From an uncultured Opitutales bacterium (GTDB lineage Bacteria > Verrucomicrobiota > Verrucomicrobiia > Opitutales > Intestinicryptomonadaceae): 32,000 nt of DNA. Numbering within the stretch: position 1 is the first letter of the stretch; each line of letters starts with the position of its first letter. The stretch lies in NCBI GenBank assembly GCA_934613415.1, contig CAKTSY010000002.1:240001-272000 (forward strand). The letters run 5' to 3'. This document shows, in pieces, positions 8,294-15,150 of the stretch. A model generated the notes under the pieces. That model did no database searches. It was not told the DNA's origin and saw only the letters and a list, made by a program, of their open reading frames with translations. A program made the position numbers and the translations under genes.

Positions 8294-9118
8294 ATGGATT
8301 TTTTCGGACAGTTAAGCCCCTCGAAAACCACGGCCTTGTTGGGGCAGCTAGGTCACGTTCCCGACAAGCGTTTGGGGCAAAATTTTTTAATAGACGCAAA
8401 TATTGTGCGCAAATCGCTAGATTTTGCCGAAATTAAAGAGGGCGACATTGTTGTTGAAGTGGGCCCCGGCTTGGGAACTCTTACGGGGGCTTTGCTTGAA
8501 AGGGGGGCTTTTGTATATGCCGTAGAGCTAGACAAAAAGCTTTTTGCCCACTTAAGCAGGCTTTTTGCGGGCGAAAAAAACGTGAACCTGCTTAATGCCG
8601 ACGCGCTTGAAAAGCCTTTCGGCAACCTTCCCGAAAGCGAAAGGAATTTTAAGATTGCCGCAAATTTGCCCTATGCGATAAGCACTCCGTGGATGGATTT
8701 TGCCGTGCAGCGTGCACCGCAAAGAATGTCGCTTATGCTGCAAAAAGAAGCTGCAAGCCGCTTTTCGGCAAAGGGCAAAAGCGCGGATTTTTGCCCCATA
8801 AGCATTTTGGTAAATTCCGCCTACAATGTAGACAATGTCTACAAAGTTTCGGCAAGCTGCTTTTACCCGCGCCCAAATGTAGACAGTGCACTGCTTTCGC
8901 TAAAGATAAAAGAAAACCCCTTCTTTTTTAAAAAACAGACAAAAGGGTGCATAAGGCGCATATTTTCGCAAAGGCGCAAGCAAATAGGCTCTATAGTAAA
9001 GGGAATGGGCAATTCCTATGTTGGAGTAGAAGATTGGCTTGCCCTTGTTGGAGATACAAAGCTGCGCCCCGAGGTTATACCCCTAGAGCTTTGGCAAAAA
9101 CTGGATTCTTATTTATGA
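8294..9118 (+). CDS. rsmA: 16S rRNA (adenine1518/1519-N6)-dimethyltransferase
   Basis: Motifs seen are RLGQNFLID and the SAM-binding VVEVGPGLGTLT, plus ANLPY. The track start at 8258 is TTG, so I prefer ATG at 8294 (MDFFGQL). Confidence 0.9.
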   Translation: MDFFGQLSPSKTTALLGQLGHVPDKRLGQNFLIDANIVRKSLDFAEIKEGDIVVEVGPGLGTLTGALLERGAFVYAVELDKKLFAHLSRLFAGEKNVNLLNADALEKPFGNLPESERNFKIAANLPYAISTPWMDFAVQRAPQRMSLMLQKEAASRFSAKGKSADFCPISILVNSAYNVDNVYKVSASCFYPRPNVDSALLSLKIKENPFFFKKQTKGCIRRIFSQRRKQIGSIVKGMGNSYVGVEDWLALVGDTKLRPEVIPLELWQKLDSYL

Positions 9119-9897
9119 GTTTTTTTGTCTTATCTTTGGCGGCGTGCTTTGCGGCATATGCTATATTGTTTTGCATTGCATACTTTTTCGGCGAAAAAAT
9201 TGCGTATCCGGCTCCCGAAAGCTTCTATAAAAAAGGCGACATAAAAGAACTGTTTTTTATAGACGGCAAAATTGCGGCGTTATATTTGCTGGGCAACAAT
9301 GCAAAATTTACATTGCTTTACAGCCACGGTAACGGCGAAGACATAGGCGAAATATATCCATTGCTTGAAAAATATGCCGAAAACGGCTTTAACGTTTTAG
9401 CCTACGACTATTCAGGCTACGGGCTAAGCTCGGGCAAGCCTTCCGAAAAGGCGGTGTATTCGAACGCCGACGCCGTATACGAATATGCGCAAAAAGTTTT
9501 AAAAATAAACCCGAAAAACATTGTTCTGGCCGGGTTTTCGATGGGTAGTGCGCCGACTTCGTATCTGGCAAAAAAGCACTCGAAAGACGTTGTGGGCGTT
9601 ATAATTATGGGCGGCTTTGCTTCGGGCGTAAGAACGGTTTTGCCATTTAATATTTTGCCGTTCGATTTGCTCGAGAATATCAAGAAAGTGCCATATATAG
9701 ATAAAAACTGCAAAGTGCTTTTTATACACGGCACAAAAGACCGCATTGTTCCATACCGCAACGGACTTTTAATGTTTAAAAAGTCGGGCGGGCAAAAGCG
9801 TTTTGTGTGCATAAAAGGAGCAGCCCACCTGAATTTATTCGACTTTGACAGCACTCTATTTTGGAATAGCATAAACGACTTTAAAAACTCTCTATGA
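9115..9897 (+). CDS. Membrane-anchored alpha/beta hydrolase (serine hydrolase)
   Basis: From Met 9115 there is an N-terminal TM helix, MSFFVLSLAACFAAYAILFCIAYFF. It carries HGNGEDIG, the nucleophile elbow GFSMGS, and late HGTKD and GAAH motifs. Its ATG overlaps the rsmA TGA in an ATGA at 9115-9118. The track ORF from 8947 is an out-of-frame read through rsmA. Confidence 0.75.
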   Translation: MSFFVLSLAACFAAYAILFCIAYFFGEKIAYPAPESFYKKGDIKELFFIDGKIAALYLLGNNAKFTLLYSHGNGEDIGEIYPLLEKYAENGFNVLAYDYSGYGLSSGKPSEKAVYSNADAVYEYAQKVLKINPKNIVLAGFSMGSAPTSYLAKKHSKDVVGVIIMGGFASGVRTVLPFNILPFDLLENIKKVPYIDKNCKVLFIHGTKDRIVPYRNGLLMFKKSGGQKRFVCIKGAAHLNLFDFDSTLFWNSINDFKNSL

Positions 9898-10451
9898 AAA
9901 AAAAGGTTTTACAGATAATTTTCCCCGACTTCGAGGAAATTGAGGCGTTAACCCCCGTAGACGTTTTAAGAAGGGCGGGGCTTGTTGTAGATTTGGCGGC
10001 ACTGGGCAATTCACGCGAAGTTGTAGGGCGAAGCAAAATTAAGGTTTTTGCCGACACTTTGCTTGCCGACATAGACCTTAGCGAATATTGCGCAGTTGTT
10101 ATTAGCGGCGGCAGCGGCGTATATAAAGTTTTAGACAACCCCCTTTTGCTGGGGGCGGTAAAGCTTGCAAATTCTATGAACATTCTTGTGTGCGCCATAT
10201 GCGCTGGGCCCTTAATCTTAAAACAGGCGGGTATTTTAGATGGCAAAAAATGCACTGGCTACCCCGATACTGCCGAAAAGTTAGGCAAGCTATATTCGGC
10301 GGAAAGCCCCTGCGTGTTCGATCAAAATATTTTGACTTCTAAAGGAATGGGAACGGCTACGGATTTTGCATTAAAAATTGTAGAGCTTTTGCTTGGACCC
10401 GAAAAAAGTTCGCAAATTGCCGAAAGCATATGCTATAAAACAAAGTTGTAA
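9894..10451 (+). CDS. DJ-1/PfpI family protein
   Basis: It has the nucleophile-elbow Cys in VCAICAGPLIL. Length is 185 aa. It overlaps the upstream gene in an ATGA at 9894-9897. Confidence 0.85.
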   Translation: MKKKVLQIIFPDFEEIEALTPVDVLRRAGLVVDLAALGNSREVVGRSKIKVFADTLLADIDLSEYCAVVISGGSGVYKVLDNPLLLGAVKLANSMNILVCAICAGPLILKQAGILDGKKCTGYPDTAEKLGKLYSAESPCVFDQNILTSKGMGTATDFALKIVELLLGPEKSSQIAESICYKTKL

Positions 10452-10453
10452 AA

Positions 10454-11893
10454 ATGAGAGACGAAGACGTACTTATTACCGATTTTAGATATTTAAGCGA
10501 AGTTTTGCTTTTGGTGAATGTTTCGGTATGTTTCTTTTTAGCATGCGTATTGTATGCAGTAAATTATACCCTTGCAATGGGGGTAGTTCAAATTTCGGGC
10601 GCGTTTGCCGTTGCAAACATATTCTACTATAGAACGTCGTGGAGCGATTCGGAGGCTGGGACAAGAACAAAGTTTTTGTTCTCGTTTTTGCCGTATATTG
10701 CGCTGCTTGTAATTGCGGGCGTTGCGGCGTTTTCGGGCATAGTTGCGCCAAGCGACAACTCTTTGGCTCCCGAATTTTACACTATAGACCTTAACAGTCC
10801 AAAATTGATTGTAAGCGCGGCAATTTCGCCGTTAAAGGGGCTTTATGGCGAAATTACAACCGTTGCCGTAGCCGCGCTGGCATTGTCTCTATTTTTTATA
10901 ACCGATTCAAGGTACGTTCTTAAACGCATTTTGGCGGCGTGCCTTTTGCCTGCGGCTTTGCTTGCAATTTTGGGATTTGCAATGGTGCTTTTCGACGGGC
11001 AAAACGCCGTTATAAACTTGGGCGTTATCGGCAAAAATTCGTTCTCGGTTTTTGTAGACAGCGCGCATTGGTCGGCTTTTGCAATATTGTGGTTGGGCGT
11101 TGCCTTTATGGTGATGCTATATCAGGGGCAAAGGTTCAGCTTAGACGGCTTTGTGTTGTCTAAAAGGTTTTTGGTTTTGGCGGTAGCCGTGTTGCTTTAC
11201 GCAAGCGTAATTTATGTTAATACCGCCGCCTACTGCATAATAGCTTCGCTTGTATTTGCGTGCGGAATGGCGATTTTGGCTATAGATGCCTTTCCCGACA
11301 GAAAAACGCAGATAAAATATTGGCCGTACCCTAACGAAAGATTTGAAATAAGCCCGAAAATAAGGTGCATATTGCCGTGCGTTGTATACTCATTGCTGGC
11401 GGCAACGGGGCTGTTTTTTGCCGCAAAATATGCGCTTTTGTCTACTGATTTTTACTACTTTTTTAACCAGCAAAATAGCGATGCAATTAGCGTTGCCGAC
11501 AAAGACAATATACTTGCCGATATTTACCCCATAATAAAAAACAGGCAGTGGTTTGGTTGGGGGGTAATGTCGTTCCCATATTTATACGGGTTTTTTCAGG
11601 GAGCGGATATGGGGCAAACGCTGTGGGGTACAAGCGGTTCCAGCCTGCTAGATGCAATATTGCAGCGCGGCTATGTGGGCGTAGCTCTTTGCTGCATTGT
11701 TCCGCTAATTTTTACCGTTTGCTTTTTTGTTAAAAACAAGCTTTCGGCAAGCGTAATTCCCGTTTGCATTGGGCTTTTGGGCTTGGCAATAACGGCGTTG
11801 TTTGCAAATTCACTACAGTCGCCGCTGGTGTGCCTTAGCTATATGTTGGTATTATTTGCAGTATTTTCGTGGGGTAAGGCAAAGATACGCTAA
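10454..11893 (+). CDS. Polytopic membrane protein, O-antigen ligase / Wzy_C-like
   Basis: Length is 479 aa with about 10 or more hydrophobic segments. Late in the protein, WFGWGVMSFPYLYGFF followed by SGSSLLDAILQRGYVGVAL resembles the Wzy_C loop and helix. The functional call is tentative. The ATG lies 2 nt after the DJ-1 stop. Confidence 0.5.
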   Translation: MRDEDVLITDFRYLSEVLLLVNVSVCFFLACVLYAVNYTLAMGVVQISGAFAVANIFYYRTSWSDSEAGTRTKFLFSFLPYIALLVIAGVAAFSGIVAPSDNSLAPEFYTIDLNSPKLIVSAAISPLKGLYGEITTVAVAALALSLFFITDSRYVLKRILAACLLPAALLAILGFAMVLFDGQNAVINLGVIGKNSFSVFVDSAHWSAFAILWLGVAFMVMLYQGQRFSLDGFVLSKRFLVLAVAVLLYASVIYVNTAAYCIIASLVFACGMAILAIDAFPDRKTQIKYWPYPNERFEISPKIRCILPCVVYSLLAATGLFFAAKYALLSTDFYYFFNQQNSDAISVADKDNILADIYPIIKNRQWFGWGVMSFPYLYGFFQGADMGQTLWGTSGSSLLDAILQRGYVGVALCCIVPLIFTVCFFVKNKLSASVIPVCIGLLGLAITALFANSLQSPLVCLSYMLVLFAVFSWGKAKIR

Positions 11894-11900
11894 AAAAAGC

Positions 11901-11928
11901 TTGACGTATTTGTATGCTAGTCTAGATT
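11901..11928 (+). promoter_or_regulatory. Sigma70-like promoter for tRNA-Gln
   Basis: TTGACG (11901-11906), a 16-nt spacer, then TAGATT (11923-11928). This places the predicted start about 7-9 nt upstream of the mature tRNA 5' end. Confidence 0.4.
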
Positions 11929-11942
11929 TAACGCCTTTAAAT

Positions 11943-12013
11943 TCCCTGGTGGTGTAATGGTAGCACAGATGATTTTGGTTCATCTAGTCGGGGTTCGAAT
12001 CCCTGCCGGGGAA
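11943..12013 (+). tRNA. tRNA-Gln (anticodon TTG)
   Basis: Hand-folded cloverleaf:
- Acceptor TCCCTGG/CCGGGGA, with one T-G pair.
- D stem GTGT/GCAC with loop AATGGTA.
- Anticodon stem GATGA/TCATC, loop TTTTGGT, anticodon at 11975-11977.
- Variable loop of 4 nt.
- T arm CGGGG-TTCGAAT-CCCTG.
- Discriminator A.

The U1-A72 pair is typical of bacterial tRNA-Gln. No 3' CCA is encoded. Confidence 0.9.
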
Positions 12014-12026
12014 CTTAAAAAAATTA

Positions 12027-12066
12027 AGCTTCCGCCTCTTTTCCTTTCTTTGGCGGAGGCTTTTTT
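12027..12066 (+). terminator. Intrinsic terminator of the tRNA-Gln unit
   Basis: A 9-bp stem, gcttccgcc (12027-12035) with ggcggaggc (12051-12059), includes one G-T pair. It is followed by a T-run at 12060-12066. Confidence 0.7.
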
Positions 12067-12160
12067 TGTGCCCAGATTTTTTTTGAGAGGGCGCAAATCG
12101 TATTTTGTAAGTTGGGCTTTCTTTAACTTGCCGGTTTTGCTTTTAATTATGTAATAAACA

Positions 12161-12195
12161 AAAAAACAAAAAAGCCGCAAAGTAAGCTTTGCGGC
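12161..12195 (-). terminator. Intrinsic terminator downstream of the small Cys4 protein gene
   Basis: A perfect 9-bp stem, gccgcaaag (12174-12182) with ctttgcggc (12187-12195), closes a 4-nt loop. On the minus strand it is followed by ttttttgtttttt (plus-strand A-run, 12161-12173). A short T-run on the plus side (12196-12199) makes it potentially bidirectional. Confidence 0.65.
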
Positions 12196-12202
12196 TTTTG
12201 GT

Positions 12203-12475
12203 TTACTTTAAGAACAGTGCTGTTTGGTTTGGGTAAACTTCGCGCTGAACTTTATAAAATAGGTTTTCCAGTAAGTTTATGCGCTCCGAAAGCATATCAA
12301 GGTATACTTCGGCGTTCATTGTTTTGTTGCTGTAGCTACAAGGGCAAACTTCGGCTGCAATGATATTTTCGCCATTTGGGGTTTGCTCTTTGTATACTAA
12401 AACCTGTATGGGGGCTTTGCACTTTGGGCAAATTGTAGCCCCTCTAATTCTTTTAAATTTGTTTTTGTGCTTCAT
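12203..12475 (-). CDS. Hypothetical small protein with a Cys4 (CxxC...CxC) zinc-ribbon-like N-terminal half
   Basis: This 90-aa ORF has an ATG start and a basic N-terminus, MKHKNKFKRIRG. Cys residues sit at positions 16, 19, 44 and 46 (CPKC...CPC). The C-terminal half looks helical. It has its own terminator and follows the upstream gene's terminator. I recognise no family. Confidence 0.55.
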   Translation of the reverse strand: MKHKNKFKRIRGATICPKCKAPIQVLVYKEQTPNGENIIAAEVCPCSYSNKTMNAEVYLDMLSERINLLENLFYKVQREVYPNQTALFLK

Positions 12476-12520
12476 AATTCAACTTCCGTTTACTATCGGC
12501 AAAAAGTTGTTTTATTAAGC

Positions 12521-12549
12521 AAAAAAATTGCCGCGCAAATGCGCGGCAA
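12521..12549 (-). terminator. Intrinsic terminator downstream of the secretin-motif gene
   Basis: A perfect 9-bp stem, ttgccgcgc (12528-12536) with gcgcggcaa (12541-12549), closes the loop aaat. On the minus strand it is followed by 7 T (plus-strand A-run, 12521-12527). Confidence 0.65.
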
Positions 12550-12576
12550 AATAGGGCGGCTTTTCCATTTTTAAAA

Positions 12577-13272
12577 CTATTTGTCTGCAATTTTTACCGA
12601 CAAAATTTCTACGGGGCTAAGTTGCGTGCCCCTTTCGCTAAAAAGCCTTCCTATAAGGGGTATGTCGCTCCAAAAGGGCGTTTTATTTATAATGTCGCAT
12701 TCCCTAAATATAAAAATAATGCTATCTTTTGCAAACTGCGCTTTGAAATTTGCATGTATAGTAAAATACTCAACCGTTGCGGTGTTTTCCGAAAACAGAT
12801 TGTCTTCTACAACAAAGCCCAAACCCTTGTATAAATATTCAAAATCTACAATGTAGTTTTCGCCATTTTTGCCCAAAAGTTTTACTGAATATGTCTGCCC
12901 AATGTTTTGGCAGTTTTGGGCAATGGCTTTTTCGAATAAAGCGTATTTAGGCGAATCTTTTGCGGTATAGTTTTCTGCCTTGGGTGTAGTTTTGCAGACC
13001 AAAAGCGAATATTTGTTTTCTTTTAACTCCAGCTTGCCTATTTCTTTTGTTGCTGCAATATCGCTTGGGCTTGCCTGCAAAACAACTACATATAGTGTTG
13101 TATTACCATCTTTTATTTTTGTAGCCGATTGCGGTTTGTTGCGGGCTAAGTCTGCGGCTTTATGCCAGTTATATTCAAATACATCGTTAATTTTGCCCAG
13201 TTCAACAACTTGGTTTGCAAATGCGCCTGCGCAGAATGCAAGGCTTGCAATAATAAGAGCCAATTTTTTCAT
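12577..13272 (-). CDS. Secreted hypothetical protein with a secretin-like C-terminal motif
   Basis: Length is 231 aa. The signal peptide is MKKLALIIASLAFCAGAFA-NQ. The C-terminal TPFWSDIPLIGRLFS (encoded at 12637-12681) followed by VEILSVKI resembles the conserved VPxLGDIPxxGxLF...ELxIFITP end of secretin domains. The rest is unrecognised. Confidence 0.7.
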   Translation of the reverse strand: MKKLALIIASLAFCAGAFANQVVELGKINDVFEYNWHKAADLARNKPQSATKIKDGNTTLYVVVLQASPSDIAATKEIGKLELKENKYSLLVCKTTPKAENYTAKDSPKYALFEKAIAQNCQNIGQTYSVKLLGKNGENYIVDFEYLYKGLGFVVEDNLFSENTATVEYFTIHANFKAQFAKDSIIFIFRECDIINKTPFWSDIPLIGRLFSERGTQLSPVEILSVKIADK

Positions 13273-13302
13273 ACGACTATCTTTTTTGTCTGTTTATGTT
13301 CC

Positions 13303-13329
13303 AAAAAAAAGCCCCGTTTTTGCGGGGCT
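13303..13329 (-). terminator. Intrinsic terminator downstream of exbB-exbD-exbD
   Basis: The stem agccccg (13310-13316) pairs with cggggct (13323-13329). On the minus strand it is followed by 8 T (plus-strand A-run, 13303-13310). Confidence 0.7.
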
Positions 13330-13340
13330 TAAAAGTTATA

Positions 13341-13781
13341 TTACAAACTCTTTCCGAACGATACGCTTTTTATGTGTGCCTTTTGGCAGGCGTCTAGCAC
13401 CGATATGGAAGCTTGGTGCGGCGAGTCGGCATCGGCCAAGATGGTAACAACCGTTTGGGTTTGGCTTCTGTCGGCACTTGCCTTTAGGCGGGTAAGAGTT
13501 TCTGCCAATTCGGTAAACTCTATCTTGCCGGGGGCGTCCATCGGAATCTGGTTTAGCGTTATGCTGCCATCGGGGTTGATTTCTACAATCTGTTCGCTGG
13601 GCAAAGTAGTCGGCCCTTTGCTTTCTACATTTACTGGCAAAAGCAAATTTATGTCGGCTTCCTGTTGCATAGGCAGGCACATAAAGTAAATCAACAAAAG
13701 GAACACAACGTCAATCATCGAAGTTAAGTCGAAAGTGTCGTCGCTTGTTATTACCGATTTCTTTTCCTTGTGTTTTGCCAT
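13341..13781 (-). CDS. exbD: ExbD/TolR family biopolymer transport protein (second copy)
   Basis: It carries the DLTSMIDVVFLLLIYFM TM signature with the conserved Asp. I prefer ATG at 13781 (MAKHKEKK), which lies 4 nt after the upstream stop. The track start at 13826 would overlap the upstream gene. Confidence 0.85.
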   Translation of the reverse strand: MAKHKEKKSVITSDDTFDLTSMIDVVFLLLIYFMCLPMQQEADINLLLPVNVESKGPTTLPSEQIVEINPDGSITLNQIPMDAPGKIEFTELAETLTRLKASADRSQTQTVVTILADADSPHQASISVLDACQKAHIKSVSFGKSL

Positions 13782-13785
13782 ATCG

Positions 13786-14190
13786 CTAGTCCTGAGTTGT
13801 GGCGAATATGATGGTATATGCGCCAACTTCTGCGCATTTTTCCATCAAATCGTTAATATATTTGTGCGGAGTAGCCCTGTCGGCCCTCAAGTAAACACCC
13901 TTAAAGTCGGCGTCGTTGGCGCGGTTTGCAATGGCGGTCTTTATTTCGTCTAGGTTGCTCTTTTTTGCACCCAAATAATATGTGCCGTCTTTTTCAATAG
14001 AAACAAACTGCCTGCCCTGACTGTTTTCGGGAACTTTGGCCTCCGGAGCCATCGGAATTTCCATCTCAATCAATTCCGCCGAAGCGAAACTTGTAACCGT
14101 CATAAAGAAGGATACGAGAAGGAATACGACGTCAATCATCGAAGTGAGATTGAAGTTTCCGTCGCTATCGTCTGGTTTCCAGCCTCTCAT
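13786..14190 (-). CDS. exbD: ExbD/TolR family biopolymer transport protein (first copy)
   Basis: It carries the NLTSMIDVVFLLVSFFM signature. Length is 134 aa with an ATG start. Confidence 0.85.
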   Translation of the reverse strand: MRGWKPDDSDGNFNLTSMIDVVFLLVSFFMTVTSFASAELIEMEIPMAPEAKVPENSQGRQFVSIEKDGTYYLGAKKSNLDEIKTAIANRANDADFKGVYLRADRATPHKYINDLMEKCAEVGAYTIIFATTQD

Positions 14191-14215
14191 TTAAGTTGAA
14201 AGTTAAATTAAAGAC

Positions 14216-15031
14216 TTATTTCTGTTCTTCGGCTTTGGGGGCTTCGTTGCCGTTGTCGAGTTCCTGCGGGCCGTATTTTAGCGAAACTTGCATTGTAAAG
14301 AGCAAATCGCCAACAATTCTGCCAATACCCGAAGTGATATTTGCAAACTTGTTCTTAAAGTAGAAGAAGAACACCATGGCGGGAATACCGATAATCATAC
14401 CTGCAGCTGTTGTAATAAGAGCTTCGGAAATGTTGCCTGCCAACCTTTGTGCGGAACCTGCGCCTTCGGCTGCGATGGTATCGAACGCCTTAACCATACC
14501 GGAAACCGTACCGTATAGACCCAACATGGGAGAGATTGTAGCGATAACCGAGATGTAGCTGATAAGAGTATAGGGGGCTGCCAATTCTTCCATAGAAGCT
14601 TCTTCCATAGCCGCGTTAACCGCGTCGATGTCTACGTCTTTGCCGTATACGCGCGAAAGGCCCGTGCCGATGATGTTTGTGATGGGGGCGGGGTGGTCTT
14701 CGCAATATTTGCGTGCGCCTTCCAAGTCTAAAGCGTTAAGCTTCTTTTCCAATTCGGGAACACCGTCGGGAAGAAGATACTTCTTTTTGCGCAACGAGAT
14801 GAAATTGTAGATAACAAGGGCAATACCCGCAATGGACAAAAAGCCCAAAGGATACATTGTTATACCGCCGGCTGCCCAGATTTCGCCAAAGGTTTTGTTC
14901 TTTACTTGGGGGCCTTTTTGAGCTTCGGACTGTTCGGTTGCAGCCGCGTCTGTTGCGGGAGCCGCTTGGCCGAATGCCACGAAAGAGCCAGTTAATATCG
15001 CGAATATTGTGATTAGTTTCTTTATTTTCAT
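14216..15031 (-). CDS. exbB: MotA/TolQ/ExbB proton-channel protein with a cleavable N-terminal signal peptide
   Basis: The C-terminal MotA_ExbB core is SPMLGLYGTVSGMVKAF...ISEALITTAAGMIIGIPAMVFF. An N-terminal signal peptide, MKIKKLITIFAILTGSFVAFGQA, and a low-complexity linker precede TM1. Confidence 0.9.
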   Translation of the reverse strand: MKIKKLITIFAILTGSFVAFGQAAPATDAAATEQSEAQKGPQVKNKTFGEIWAAGGITMYPLGFLSIAGIALVIYNFISLRKKKYLLPDGVPELEKKLNALDLEGARKYCEDHPAPITNIIGTGLSRVYGKDVDIDAVNAAMEEASMEELAAPYTLISYISVIATISPMLGLYGTVSGMVKAFDTIAAEGAGSAQRLAGNISEALITTAAGMIIGIPAMVFFFYFKNKFANITSGIGRIVGDLLFTMQVSLKYGPQELDNGNEAPKAEEQK

Positions 15032-15150
15032 TTTTCTTGTAATAAAAGATTAATAGTTTTGCCTTTTGCTTCGATACATAACAAAAGACTTTTTAGTTGG
15101 GGTAATATTGTCCAAACTTGTCGGCTTATTCAAGGTTTTTATTCAAAAAA

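Noticed and set aside
8947-9114. An N-terminal 56-codon extension of the alpha/beta hydrolase ORF that overlaps rsmA.
   Set aside because: The extension is an alternate-frame read through the rsmA 3' end. The Met at 9115 gives a clean TM anchor and forms an ATGA junction with the rsmA stop.
9897-9904. An A8 homopolymer at the start of the DJ-1 gene (ATG AAA AAA AAG), considered as a possible slippage or phase-variation tract.
   Set aside because: It simply encodes the Lys-rich N-terminus MKKK. It is short for a contingency locus, and the gene is a housekeeping type.
12067-12173. A 107-nt spacer bracketed by two terminators, considered as a possible sRNA.
   Set aside because: The only promoter-like match (TTGCCG-18-TAATAA around 12130-12159) would give a transcript of a few nucleotides before the hairpin. 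I see no conserved structure, and a call cannot be supported without expression data.
11957-12180. Two ~65-aa ORFs (11957-12154 + and 11980-12180 -) crossing the tRNA-Gln gene and its terminator.
   Set aside because: They overlap a well-folded tRNA and a terminator hairpin, and they have no coding features.
11943-13329. A genomic island integrated at tRNA-Gln.
   Set aside because: There is no integrase, recombinase or transposase, no direct repeat of the tRNA 3' end that I can find, and only two small cargo genes. I kept it only as a low-interest composition and terminator observation.
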